Assembly (NCBI GenBank): GCA_038063615.1
Contig: JBBTUT010000010.1
Location: forward strand, 12,035 to 73,269
Reading direction: 5' to 3'
Source of the DNA: Patescibacteria group bacterium
GTDB lineage: Bacteria > Patescibacteriota > Minisyncoccia > Phycocordibacterales > UBA1550
DNA: 61,235 nt
Shown here in pieces: positions 1-11,147 of this stretch. The position numbers were made by a program, and so were the translations under genes. Each line of letters starts with the position of its first letter. The first letter of the stretch is position 1. Under the pieces are notes generated by a model. It searched no databases. It was not told where the DNA came from and worked only from the letters and a program-made list of their open reading frames with translations.

Positions 1-400
1 TCAGGGTGACGGTGACATTCGGTGCGCCGGTGACAGCACCGGAGATGCTGTAGGTGGGAACGATGACGGGTGCCGTGACAAAATTGATGTTCGCGACATT
101 GCCGTTGTTCACTGTCACTGCCGTGCTCGTCGGGCTAAAAGTATAGCCTGGCGCTGTTGGGGTGATGGTGGAGCCGCCGTTTGTGAGACCGGCAAACGAA
201 AAGTTTCCGTTTGCGTCGGTGGTGGTAATCGTGGTCGTTGTGCCAGCCACCAAAGTGACCGTGATACCAGATGAGACCGCACCGCTTACCGCGCCAGAGA
301 CGCTGTAAAGAGATGCTGACTTCAGATCCTTCAAGTCACCACAAGCGGCAACGAGAAGTAGAACAACAATACTACTCAACTTCCATACACTTTTCAACAT
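1..400 (-). CDS. Lipoprotein with repeated beta-sandwich-like units; 5' part only, continues past left edge
   Basis: ATG at 400 with GGAGG upstream; MLKSVWKLSSIVVLLLVAAC lipobox-like signal; repeated SGAV.G...TDANGNFSF / GYTFSP units; missing from ORF track because truncated. Confidence 0.55.
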   Translation of the reverse strand, partial: MLKSVWKLSSIVVLLLVAACGDLKDLKSASLYSVSGAVSGAVSSGITVTLVAGTTTTITTTDANGNFSFAGLTNGGSTITPTAPGYTFSPTSTAVTVNNGNVANINFVTAPVIVPTYSISGAVTGAPNVTVTL

Positions 401-577
401 GTCATTCCTCCTTTTTTGAGCGAAAGTCTTCCCCGTTGCCAATGCTCAGCCTATCTGAGGTTGGTCGGATATTTTCTAGATTGACAAAAAACTAATTCTG
501 TATTGAATAGTATAGTTTTATAGGGAAATGTCAAGTAAATGAGGGTCACCTGTGGGTAACGCACAATCGCAGCTGGG

Positions 578-835
578 TTAGTATGTACTACTGGTCCGAC
601 GCTCGATGTCGTAAACATCAATGATTTTCTCGCCCGCGAACAGCCGATACTTGATTCGATAATTGCCAATCCTCCTCCGCCATGCACTATCTTCACCGCC
701 AAGTTTAACGACATCGCCACCAAACGGATCAACTCCCATACTATCAATGGCGCCGGTAATGCGCGCAATATCCTTTTGTGGAATACGCCTCAGTTGTTTC
801 TCTGCAGTTTTAGCTACGCGAATTTTCCAAGTCAT
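578..835 (-). CDS. RelE/ParE-family type II toxin
   Basis: 85 aa; MTWKIRVAKTAEKQLRRIP...WRRRIGNYRIKYRL...IIDVYDIERR resembles RelE/ParE; overlaps a small upstream ORF. Confidence 0.75.
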   Translation of the reverse strand: MTWKIRVAKTAEKQLRRIPQKDIARITGAIDSMGVDPFGGDVVKLGGEDSAWRRRIGNYRIKYRLFAGEKIIDVYDIERRTSSTY

Positions 836-1034
836 ATTTTAATTTGTTCCAAAGAACAAACTCTCCTTTTTTGATCTCTTTTTCGCCACGCCTAATAGCC
901 ACAATTTCTTTTTTTGTTGCGTTAACAATAGGAATAATCTTTTTTAATTCCAAAAGGTTGTTATATTCTTTGCGTGGGATGACCACAAGATCGTCATTTT
1001 TTATTAAATTTCTAGGAATTGTTATCATGTTCAT
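810..1034 (-). CDS. Putative antitoxin paired with the RelE/ParE toxin
   Basis: 74 aa from internal ATG (MNMITIPRNLIK...); the longer track ORF would cover the rplB terminator hairpin; overlaps toxin start by 26 nt. Confidence 0.5.
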   Translation of the reverse strand: MNMITIPRNLIKNDDLVVIPRKEYNNLLELKKIIPIVNATKKEIVAIRRGEKEIKKGEFVLWNKLKYDLENSRS

Positions 1035-1076
1035 ATTGGTTATTGTACCACAAGTACAAGGTAACAGGCAAACACA

Positions 1077-1102
1077 CAAAACCCGCCATTTGGCGGGTTT
1101 TG
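1077..1102 (-). terminator. Intrinsic terminator after rplB
   Basis: caaaacccgcc-attt-ggcgggttttg hairpin with U-run on the minus strand, 55 nt downstream of rplB stop. Confidence 0.75.
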
Positions 1103-1156
1103 TGTGTATTATTCCATATTCCACATTCGATATTCAATATTCTTCCCCCCCCCTCC

Positions 1157-1996
1157 CTACTTCGCCCTCTTATTCTTCCTTCGTGCGACGATGAGGGTGT
1201 TCGAGTATTTCTTTGGGGAGCGGGTTTTGCGTCCGCCGGTGACTTTGCCGTAGTAGGTCTTTGGGCGTTTGGTGCCGCGCCCTTGGCGACCTTCGCCTCC
1301 GCCGTATGGATGGTCGACGGGATTCATCGCCGTACCGCGGACTGTTGGGCGGATGCCGAGCCAGCGCGAACGACCTGCTTTGCCGATGTTGCGGTGCTTG
1401 TATTCTTCGTTTGAAACAGCGCCCACTGATGCCCATGCGTTTTCAGAGACCTTGCGGATCTCGCCTGATGGCATTTTCAAATGAGTCTGTCCGGCATTGT
1501 TTGCCACCACTTCGGCATAGTTGCCCGCTGAGCGCGCGATGCGTGCACCACCGTTTGGCTGAAGCTCGATATTGTATACAAAAGTACCGACGGGAACTTT
1601 GCGAAGCACAAGACGGTTGCCCGGCTTGAGCGGAGCGTCCTCGGCGATGAGAATAGTATCCCCCACCTTGACCGTTTGCGGAAGCAGGTTGTAACGGCGT
1701 TCCCCGTCGGCATAGCAGACGACTCCGATAAAACCCGAGCGATTTGGGTCGTATTCGATGGTCTCGATCTTTGCGGGAATGCCGACCTTATCCAAACGAA
1801 AATCGATCTGACGGAACGAGCGCTTGTGTCCGCCGCCCTTGTGGCGCGTCGTGATACGGCCAAACGCATTGCGTCCGGAACCGCGGCGGAAGCCGGTCGT
1901 GAGAGCTTTCATCGGCTCTGACGCGGTGAGTACGCCACGATAGGTGACGATAGCGGTATGGCGATTTGACGGTGTTGTTGGTTTAAACTTTTTCAT
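1157..1996 (-). CDS. rplB: 50S ribosomal protein L2
   Basis: 279 aa; KGGGHKRSFRQIDF and NPVDHPYGGGEGR motifs; follows rplW. Confidence 0.97.
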   Translation of the reverse strand: MKKFKPTTPSNRHTAIVTYRGVLTASEPMKALTTGFRRGSGRNAFGRITTRHKGGGHKRSFRQIDFRLDKVGIPAKIETIEYDPNRSGFIGVVCYADGERRYNLLPQTVKVGDTILIAEDAPLKPGNRLVLRKVPVGTFVYNIELQPNGGARIARSAGNYAEVVANNAGQTHLKMPSGEIRKVSENAWASVGAVSNEEYKHRNIGKAGRSRWLGIRPTVRGTAMNPVDHPYGGGEGRQGRGTKRPKTYYGKVTGGRKTRSPKKYSNTLIVARRKNKRAK

Positions 1997-2001
1997 GATA
2001 T

Positions 2002-2355
2002 TTATATGAGTTCGATCTTATCGCCCTTCTTCAATGTGACGAGTGCCTTGCGAATACCCGACTTGACGCCGTTCTTGCCACGGACAAATACGCGGGTATT
2101 GGGAAGGTTTACGATGTTCACGCGAACAGGAGTGACCCCGTAAAGCGCCACGACTGCCTTTGCAATCTCAACCTTGTTGGTGTCGCGCGCGACTTCGAAA
2201 ACGAAAGTTCCCTTCTCGGCAAGGATCGCCGCCTTCTCGGTGATGTGCGGACGCACGATGGCGTTCACGCGCTCACCAAGCTTGCTCTCGGTCTTTTTTG
2301 CTTTGGCGACTTTTGGTGCCTTTGCTTCTTTTGTTGTTTTTTTGAAAATGGCCAT
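2002..2355 (-). CDS. rplW: 50S ribosomal protein L23
   Basis: 117 aa; position between rplD and rplB; L23-like core with Lys-rich N-terminal extension. Confidence 0.9.
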   Translation of the reverse strand: MAIFKKTTKEAKAPKVAKAKKTESKLGERVNAIVRPHITEKAAILAEKGTFVFEVARDTNKVEIAKAVVALYGVTPVRVNIVNLPNTRVFVRGKNGVKSGIRKALVTLKKGDKIELI

Positions 2356-2366
2356 AGTGGTATAGG

Positions 2367-3038
2367 TTACTTAGCGTCGGCAAGCTTGCCTTCGATAAAA
2401 CTAATAGCTTTCTCCGGGCTCACGATCACGAGATACTTGTGGCTCAAGAGATCGATCGGGTTCATATTCTGTACCATATCGAAATCAATGTTCCCAAAGT
2501 TCGAAAAGCTCTTCGTCACCGCCTCGGACTTCTCCGCTGATGCGAAGTACGCCGCATTGCGCTTTTTGGTGAGCATCTTTTCAAAGCCCTTGACTCCCGC
2601 GAGTGCGGAAAGAATGCCTTTCGCCTCGGTCGTCTTCGGTGCTTTCATGACGATGCCATCGACAAAGAGCACTTCGTTTTTGCGGAATTTTTCCGAAAGT
2701 ACGGTGTAGAGCGCTTTGGCGCGGACTTTTTTGTTGAGTTTCTTGTCGTAATTCTTTTCAACAAGCGGACCGTGCGTGACACCGCCGTGACGCCAGATCG
2801 GCGAACGGGACGAACCGTGACGAGCGCGACCGGTTCCCTTTTGCTGCCATGGCTTTTTGCCTCCGCCGGAAACCTTGCTTCGGTCCTTCACCGCTGCGGT
2901 CGTCGTGCGCATGTTTGAGCGCATCGATTCCACGACTTGGTGCACGAGGTCTGCATTCCACGAAAGACCCCAGACTTTCTCGTTCAAGGCGATCTTCCCC
3001 GCTTCCTTTCCTTTTGTATTGTAAATTGTTGCTTCCAT
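2367..3038 (-). CDS. rplD: 50S ribosomal protein L4
   Basis: 223 aa; GGGKKPWQQKGTGRARHGS motif. Confidence 0.95.
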   Translation of the reverse strand: MEATIYNTKGKEAGKIALNEKVWGLSWNADLVHQVVESMRSNMRTTTAAVKDRSKVSGGGKKPWQQKGTGRARHGSSRSPIWRHGGVTHGPLVEKNYDKKLNKKVRAKALYTVLSEKFRKNEVLFVDGIVMKAPKTTEAKGILSALAGVKGFEKMLTKKRNAAYFASAEKSEAVTKSFSNFGNIDFDMVQNMNPIDLLSHKYLVIVSPEKAISFIEGKLADAK

Positions 3039-3046
3039 GGTATTGG

Positions 3047-3664
3047 TTAGTTAGCTTGTGCCTTAATTTCGAGAAGTGCGCCCCTCACGCCCGGTACGCA
3101 ACCAGACACGAGGATTTTCCCATTGGTAGTATCGACCCCAAGTACGCGAAGACCCTTCACTGCAATTCTGTCGCTACCCATACGGCCTGCCATACGGCGA
3201 CCTTTGGATACTTTCTGCTGACCGGTCGAACCGATAGAACCCGCCTCGCGCTCGGAGTGCTTCTGACCGTGAGTGCGCGGTCCGCCCTTGAAGCGATGGC
3301 GCTTCACCACGCCCTGAAAGCCCTTGCCTTTTGAAGTCCCCGTGACGGTAACAATGTCGCCCACTGCAAAGAGTGAAGCATCCATAATGTCGCCCTTTTT
3401 GAATGCGCTCGCATCGTCAACGCGGAATTCGCGAATGACCGCAAAGGAGCCGAGGTCCTTTGTGTGACCCTGCACCGCCTTTGAGATGTTTTTTATCGCA
3501 CGAGTACCAAAGCCCACCTGCACGGCTTCATAGCTGTCGGCTGATTTCGACTTCACCTGAACAATGGAAACAGGCCCGACGGAGAGCAGTGTCGCAGCGG
3601 TGGCAAGCCCGTCGTTTCCGACGAACGAAACCATATTTTCTTTTCTTCCGAGAATAAATTTCAT
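3047..3664 (-). CDS. rplC: 50S ribosomal protein L3
   Basis: Start trimmed to MKFILGRK (ATG 3664); FKGGPRTHGQKHSEREAGSIG motif. Confidence 0.95.
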   Translation of the reverse strand: MKFILGRKENMVSFVGNDGLATAATLLSVGPVSIVQVKSKSADSYEAVQVGFGTRAIKNISKAVQGHTKDLGSFAVIREFRVDDASAFKKGDIMDASLFAVGDIVTVTGTSKGKGFQGVVKRHRFKGGPRTHGQKHSEREAGSIGSTGQQKVSKGRRMAGRMGSDRIAVKGLRVLGVDTTNGKILVSGCVPGVRGALLEIKAQAN

Positions 3665-3812
3665 AGCGGTAATGACTACAGGAACCATTGCAACCTCAAT
3701 GGGTTGTTGGTATTTTAATTAACTTGATAAACTTTTGGCTTCTTCACTTTCCCCATCCCCGCATTTCTGTCAATTGTCCGCGAAGCGGTGTCAGTTGTCA
3801 GTTGTTCCCCCA

Positions 3813-4169
3813 TTAACTCATCTTCACATCAATATTGACGCCTGAAGGAAGAGAAAGATTGGTAAGTGCTTCGATAACTTTCGCGCTGGGATTCAAGATG
3901 TCGATCAATCTCTTGTGCACGCGCATCTCAAACTGTTCGCGCGCGTTCTTGTAGATGAAGGTTGAGCGGTTGACGGTGTATTTCTTGATATCCGTCGGAA
4001 GCGGTGTTGGACCCACAACCTCTGCATCATAGCGCATCGCCGTATCAATGATCTGCTTTACCGAATTGTCGAGCACCTTGTTTTCATAGGCGCGCACGCG
4101 GATACGGAGCTTGTACGAGGCCTCCTTGTCTGCAGATTTCGTGATAGTTTTTTTTGTTGCTGTTGTCAT
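3813..4169 (-). CDS. rpsJ: 30S ribosomal protein S10
   Basis: 118 aa; LRIRVRAYENKVLD...PLPTDIKKYTVNRS...HKRLIDI; short N-terminal extension. Confidence 0.95.
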   Translation of the reverse strand: MTTATKKTITKSADKEASYKLRIRVRAYENKVLDNSVKQIIDTAMRYDAEVVGPTPLPTDIKKYTVNRSTFIYKNAREQFEMRVHKRLIDILNPSAKVIEALTNLSLPSGVNIDVKMS

Positions 4170-4178
4170 GGGGGAATG

Positions 4179-4267
4179 AGTCGAAAGTCTTAAAGTCTTA
4201 AAGTCGAAAGCGGATACAAATGCATTTTGACTTTATGGACTTTTGACTTTATAAACTTTAAAGACTT
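4179..4267. repeat. Long imperfect hairpin built from heptamer words (AAGTCNN)n between tuf and rpsJ
   Basis: gtcgaaagtcttaaagtcttaaagtcgaaag ... gactttatggacttttgactttataaactttaaagac; arms roughly complementary around a ..caaatgcat.. centre. Confidence 0.6.
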
Positions 4268-4269
4268 GT

Positions 4270-5466
4270 TTACGCGATAACCTTGGTTACCACACCTGCA
4301 CCTACCGTACGGCCACCTTCGCGGATAGCAAATCTCTGTTCCGCTTCGAGAGCGACCGGTGCGATGAGCTTGACGGTAATCTTCACCGTATCGCCCGGCA
4401 TAACCATTTCGGTGCCTGCAGGGAGCGTAGCATCGCCGGTCACATCTGTCGTGCGGATATAGAACTGTGGCTTGTAACCGTTGAAGAACGGGGTGTGGCG
4501 ACCACCTTCTTCTTTGGTGAGAACATAGATCTCAGCCTCGAATTGAGTATGAGGAGTTACAGAGCCCGGCTTGGTGAGCACCTGTCCACGAGTAATGTCT
4601 TCTTTCTTCACACCGCGGATAAGGATGCCGGCATTGTCGCCTGCCATACCTTCTTGGAGGGACTTGTTGAACATTTCGATACCGGTAACCGTCGTCTTGA
4701 CGGTGTCCTTGATACCCACGATCTCAACTTCGTCGCCAACCTTGATGATACCGCGCTCGATGCGACCGGTGCATACTGTGCCGCGACCTTCGATAGAGAA
4801 GACATCTTCAACAGGCATAAGGAACGGCTTCGAGGTCTCGCGCTCAGGGACAGGAATGTAGGTGTCGAGAGCATCTGCGAGGTCGAGGACCTTCTTTGCC
4901 CATTCGTCTTCGATCGACTTCGCCTCAAGCGCCTTGAGCGCTGAACCGCGGATAACCGGCGCGTTCTTGCCGTCAAACTGATACTTGGTCAAGAGCTCGC
5001 GAACTTCCTCTTCGACGAGGTCGATAAGTTCCGGATCGTCAACCATATCGCATTTGTTGAGGAAGATAATGATCTTTGGTACGCCAACCTGTTTTGCGAG
5101 GAGGATGTGCTCTCGTGTCTGGGGCATCACACCATCCGTTGCGGCAACCACGAGGATCGCGCCGTCCATCTGTGCGGCACCCGTGATCATGTTCTTGATA
5201 TAGTCGGCATGGCCCGGAGCGTCGATGTGCGCATAGTGATGCGCGTCGGTCGAGTACTCGTTGTGAGAAAGCGCGATTGTAATACCGCGGGCCTTTTCCT
5301 CGGGAGCGGAGTCGATCTGGTCGACTGACTTCATTTTTACATCCTTGCCCGCCATGTGGAGGGTGTTCAAGATTGCTGCGGTAAGAGTAGTCTTGCCGTG
5401 GTCGACATGACCAATTGTTCCCACATTGACATGGGGCTTGGAACGATCGAATGCTTCTGTTGCCAT
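4270..5466 (-). CDS. tuf: Elongation factor Tu
   Basis: Start trimmed to [27 protein letters not shown]; full-length EF-Tu. Confidence 0.98.
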   Translation of the reverse strand: MATEAFDRSKPHVNVGTIGHVDHGKTTLTAAILNTLHMAGKDVKMKSVDQIDSAPEEKARGITIALSHNEYSTDAHHYAHIDAPGHADYIKNMITGAAQMDGAILVVAATDGVMPQTREHILLAKQVGVPKIIIFLNKCDMVDDPELIDLVEEEVRELLTKYQFDGKNAPVIRGSALKALEAKSIEDEWAKKVLDLADALDTYIPVPERETSKPFLMPVEDVFSIEGRGTVCTGRIERGIIKVGDEVEIVGIKDTVKTTVTGIEMFNKSLQEGMAGDNAGILIRGVKKEDITRGQVLTKPGSVTPHTQFEAEIYVLTKEEGGRHTPFFNGYKPQFYIRTTDVTGDATLPAGTEMVMPGDTVKITVKLIAPVALEAEQRFAIREGGRTVGAGVVTKVIA

Positions 5467-5689
5467 AGTGTTGTTGTCTCTTGCAATCAAAGGTTCGTAC
5501 ACGAGAAACCACTACGAACCTTTTATTGCAATAAGAAAAATTAAATTAATAACTGATAATAAAGAAACAAAAGTACCACGAACGCGGTACAAATGCCATA
5601 TTACCAAATAGCGGAGAATAGTCAAGCCCTCGGGGAACATCTGACAGCTGACACCGCTACGCGGACATTTGACAAGGGACGGATACAAT

Positions 5690-5719
5690 AAAAAAAGGGA
5701 TTGCGACTTGCGCAACCCC
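5690..5719 (-). terminator. Intrinsic terminator, about 310 nt downstream of the 6032 membrane gene and upstream of tuf
   Basis: minus strand GGGGTTGCG-caagt-CGCAATCCC followed by T7. Confidence 0.65.
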
Positions 5720-6031
5720 TTTTGGTTCTCTTGGGCGATGACGAGGATAATGAATATCCCCTTTCTGGAGCAAAAGCTCCGTGGTGATTCAAACCCCTAG
5801 TTTATTTGAAACCTTTTGACGGCCAGCCTCGCCTAACAGCTACAAGCGGTTCGCGAGGTTCTTGGCGACTCCCTCCTTTTTTAAGGGTTAAACTTCCCCG
5901 ACAGAAACTCTAATGTCCTCCGTAAGCCATAAGCACCACCCCCTTCCTTTTCTTTAGAATAAGGAACAAGACCTGTACATTAGAGTAGCACGACCACTTA
6001 ATTTTGCAATAGAGTTATCCACACACAGAAA
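5720..6031 (-). ncRNA. Candidate structured non-coding RNA or long 3' UTR, class unknown
   Basis: No ORF of 60 aa or more lies wholly within it (the 5998..6180 track ORF overlaps its right end); 10-bp ACTCTAATGT/ACATTAGAGT helix enclosing TTCCTT/AAGGAA hairpin; ends at the 5690..5719 terminator; no RNase P, tmRNA or SRP core motifs found. Confidence 0.3.
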
Positions 6032-6838
6032 TTACATCTCGCTGTATATCCCTGTTGGTTTTTTGAGCTTGCCGAAACCGATGAGGAGGAGACTGGCGGC
6101 GGCATATACGAGGAAGTGCGCAATGTAGAGATTTTGAGTATCAGAGATACCAAACGCCTGTAAAGTCCCCGTCGATTCAAAATATTCAGAAAACGCCGCC
6201 AAGATCACGAGGACCATTGCAGGAATTGCGTAATGCGAGTACTCTTCAAAAACCGGCATAATTTCTCTTATGTTCCGAATCGACAAGATCCCCACAGCCC
6301 CAAAGCCGACGATGCCGATGAGTATTGCGACAGGAAGCCATATGGGCAAATTCTCTGCGAACACAGGCGAGACATTTGCCCCGATGAGTCCGATAAAGCC
6401 GGCCGCGAGGAGCATGGAAAGCACCGCCGTAAATACCATTGATTTTTTGCGATAAATGCGAAAAACAAATTCGAGCGCCAGAATGACCCCGATGAACCAG
6501 AGCAGATAGCTCCACGCGACAGAAAGCTCCACGACCTCACCACTAAGCATCGAGAAATGAAGACCGAGGTATTCATACACATGCACGAGTCCGAAAAACA
6601 AAAAGAATGCGAGTTGAATTTTCAAAAAACCCCTAAGAATATGGTCGCTGAATGCGTAATCTGAAAAAATTCTCACTATGATCAACCCCACAAAAACAAT
6701 AGCGATGCCATGCATGAGCCCAGTCTCGGCGAAATATGCACCTCCGCCAACGAACTCCGCCGACAAAACTATCGCGAGGTTGAGTGCTATCAAAAGATAC
6801 GGTGTGAACAATTTTTCAAAAGGTGCCAGTATTTTCAT
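6032..6838 (-). CDS. Multi-pass integral membrane protein, function unknown
   Basis: 268 aa, about 8 hydrophobic segments; no recognisable motif. Confidence 0.7.
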   Translation of the reverse strand: MKILAPFEKLFTPYLLIALNLAIVLSAEFVGGGAYFAETGLMHGIAIVFVGLIIVRIFSDYAFSDHILRGFLKIQLAFFLFFGLVHVYEYLGLHFSMLSGEVVELSVAWSYLLWFIGVILALEFVFRIYRKKSMVFTAVLSMLLAAGFIGLIGANVSPVFAENLPIWLPVAILIGIVGFGAVGILSIRNIREIMPVFEEYSHYAIPAMVLVILAAFSEYFESTGTLQAFGISDTQNLYIAHFLVYAAASLLLIGFGKLKKPTGIYSEM

Positions 6839-6854
6839 GGTTGATTTTAAAATT

Positions 6855-7229
6855 TTACAGGTAACTCTTCGCCCTATCTACCACTTCCTGCATTGAGTGA
6901 CTGACTTTGACCAAATACTCATTTGCACCAAGCGACATTGCGCGGTCCTTGTCAGACCGCTGTCCGAGATTTGAAAGCACCAAAACAGGAATCTTTGCCA
7001 GCTCGGGATTCTTTTTGATTTCCTCAAGAATAACAAAACCGTCTTTTTTGGGAACCATGAGATCGAGGATGATGAGGTCTGGCTTTTCTGTAGCGATCTT
7101 TTCAACCCCGTCTTCACCATTGACGACAAAGATAGTATCGTACCCCTCTTTTGAAAACTTTATTTCATACACCTTGGACACATGCTCGTCGTCCTCGATA
7201 ATGAGTATCTTTTTTTTGCGTTCGTCCAT
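6855..7229 (-). CDS. Single-domain CheY-like response regulator (receiver only)
   Basis: Trimmed to MDERKKKILIIEDD...; DLIILDLMVPKKDG phospho-acceptor region; 124 aa. Confidence 0.85.
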   Translation of the reverse strand: MDERKKKILIIEDDEHVSKVYEIKFSKEGYDTIFVVNGEDGVEKIATEKPDLIILDLMVPKKDGFVILEEIKKNPELAKIPVLVLSNLGQRSDKDRAMSLGANEYLVKVSHSMQEVVDRAKSYL

Positions 7230-7311
7230 AGTACCGTTAAGTATAGCACCATTCAAAAGAATATAATGGACTCCCTGTGTATAACTATCGGGCGACAAAA
7301 GGGTTCCGATT

Positions 7312-7689
7312 TTATTGTAAGAAACTTTTTGCCTTATCGACCACTTCCTGCGTTGAACAGCGCACTTTGACGATGTACCCATTTGCACCGAGCGCGATGA
7401 CGCGGTCCTCGTCGGACTTTTGACCAAGGTTCGAGATGACAAGAATCGGGGTATTTTTAACTTCTTGATTTTTTTTAATTTCCTCTATGACCATAAAGCC
7501 GTCTTTTTTCGGGAGCATGAGATCAAGCATGATGAGGTCTGGCCTTTCATTCAAAATCTTCTCTAATACCTCCTCGCCGCTTTTTGCCAAGATAGTATCA
7601 TACCCTTCATGTGAAAATTTGATATCGTAGATCCTTGAAATGTCCTCGTCATCCTCGACAATGAGTATCTTTTTTTTGCGTTCATTCAT
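7312..7689 (-). CDS. Single-domain CheY-like response regulator, tandem paralog
   Basis: Trimmed to MNERKKKILIVEDD...; DLIMLDLMLPKKDG; 125 aa; clear paralog of 6855..7229. Confidence 0.85.
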   Translation of the reverse strand: MNERKKKILIVEDDEDISRIYDIKFSHEGYDTILAKSGEEVLEKILNERPDLIMLDLMLPKKDGFMVIEEIKKNQEVKNTPILVISNLGQKSDEDRVIALGANGYIVKVRCSTQEVVDKAKSFLQ

Positions 7690-7718
7690 ATTGCTGAGAA
7701 TCATACCATACCCTCCAC

Positions 7719-7750
7719 AAAAAAACCGCCACAAAATGGCGGTCTTTTTT
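7719..7750 (-). terminator. Bidirectional intrinsic terminator after fusA
   Basis: aaaaaaaccgcc-acaaaa-tggcggtctttttt. Confidence 0.75.
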
Positions 7751-7817
7751 GTTTATATTCCCTTTCTTCCCCGTTCCATATTCCAAATTCAATATTCGAT
7801 ATTCGATATTCCACCCC

Positions 7818-9962
<2,145 letters not shown>

Positions 9963-10035
9963 GGTTTAGTTAAATAAGTTTAAAAAGTTGAATAAGTTTG
10001 ATAAGTTTAAAAACATTACGAACTCCAAGGCTTTT

Positions 10036-10140
10036 GGTTTTGAATGCAGTACGAGACGACAAGTGTGCGAATTAATGAGCTGTACAGTAGTACTGCGATT
10101 TAATTCGCACACGCAGTCAACGAAGTAATGCGTCAAAACC
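10036..10140 (-). other. About 105-nt extended hairpin in the rpsG-fusA spacer
   Basis: perfect 13-bp GTGTGCGAATTAA/TTAATTCGCACAC inner helix (10063..10075 / 10100..10112) within outer GGTTTTGA/TCAAAACC helix. Confidence 0.6.
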
Positions 10141-10149
10141 AGAAGCCGA

Positions 10150-10620
10150 CTACCAGGCGAAGTGAGCGAATGCCTTATTCGCCTCCGCCATCTTGTGCAT
10201 ATTCTCCTTCTTCTTTATCGCCTCGCCCTCATTGTTGCTTGCAAGCAAGAGCTCATCCGCAAGCTTCTCGTGCATCGGACGGCCCTTTTTTGCTTTTGCC
10301 GCGTTGATGATCCAGCGCATCGAAAGCGAGAAACGGCGATCGGGGCGCACTTCGTGGGGCACCTGATAGTTTGCCCCACCGACACGGCGAGAACGAATCT
10401 CCATGAGGGGACCAGTATTCTTCACCGCGAGGTCAAAAACCTCAAGCGGTTCCAGATCCTTCTTTTTCTCTTTGATGATCTCAAAAGCCCCGTACACGAT
10501 TGCGCGTGCGGTGTTTTTCTTTCCCCGCTCCATCACATAGTTGATGAGCTTCTCGACCTTGGTCGAGCCATAGACGAGGTCTTCGCCGGGGATATTACGA
10601 TTTTTTACTTTTCTGCGCAT
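10150..10620 (-). CDS. rpsG: 30S ribosomal protein S7
   Basis: 156 aa; typical S7 sequence; downstream of rpsL. Confidence 0.97.
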   Translation of the reverse strand: MRRKVKNRNIPGEDLVYGSTKVEKLINYVMERGKKNTARAIVYGAFEIIKEKKKDLEPLEVFDLAVKNTGPLMEIRSRRVGGANYQVPHEVRPDRRFSLSMRWIINAAKAKKGRPMHEKLADELLLASNNEGEAIKKKENMHKMAEANKAFAHFAW

Positions 10621-10642
10621 GGTTATTTTTTAATAGAGAAAA

Positions 10643-11071
10643 TTATTTCTTTGCTACGATGGCCTTTCCCTTCTTTACCCCATAGCGACTGCGACCCTTT
10701 GAACGCTTTTCAACCGGCGTTGCGTCGAGACGACCGCGCACAATGTGGTAGCGCACACCGCCGAGGTCTTTTACGCGACCGCCGCGAATCATCACCACCG
10801 AGTGCTCCTGAAGCTTGTGTCCCATTCCCGGAATATACGCGGTGACCTCCATACCGTTGGTCAAACGCACGCGAGCGATCTTGCGGAGCGCCGAGTTCGG
10901 CTTCTTTGGGGTCGTCGTGGTTACCTTTGTGCAGACACCGCGCTTGAACGGCGAGTTGTGGTACACCGGCTTGTTCTGAATACTATTGAAACTTTTTAGA
11001 AGCGCCTGAGAACGAGACTTCTTTATCGGAGTCTTGCGAGGTCGTTTGGTGAGCTGACGAATTGTTGGCAT
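10643..11071 (-). CDS. rpsL: 30S ribosomal protein S12
   Basis: 142 aa; MPTIRQL...[10 protein letters not shown]...[17 protein letters not shown]. Confidence 0.98.
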   Translation of the reverse strand: MPTIRQLTKRPRKTPIKKSRSQALLKSFNSIQNKPVYHNSPFKRGVCTKVTTTTPKKPNSALRKIARVRLTNGMEVTAYIPGMGHKLQEHSVVMIRGGRVKDLGGVRYHIVRGRLDATPVEKRSKGRSRYGVKKGKAIVAKK

Positions 11072-11147
11072 AAATATAAACTAGTCGCATACGCGACCAA
11101 GTGCAACTACTCTACTATATGGTATCAGAAAATGCAAGCGATTGGGG

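Noticed and set aside
271-495. 74-aa plus-strand ORF
   Set aside because: It is antisense to the lipoprotein gene start, which has a lipobox signal peptide and a strong SD.
5690-6031. RNase P RNA, tmRNA, SRP RNA or a tRNA in the tuf-upstream spacer
   Set aside because: GAGGAAAGUCC and the ACAGAA..GGCUUA P4 strands are absent. There is no tRNA-like acceptor and T-arm with CCA, and no GGAA-tetraloop domain IV. The GGTTTGAATCACC stretch near 5790 lacks a complementary T-stem.
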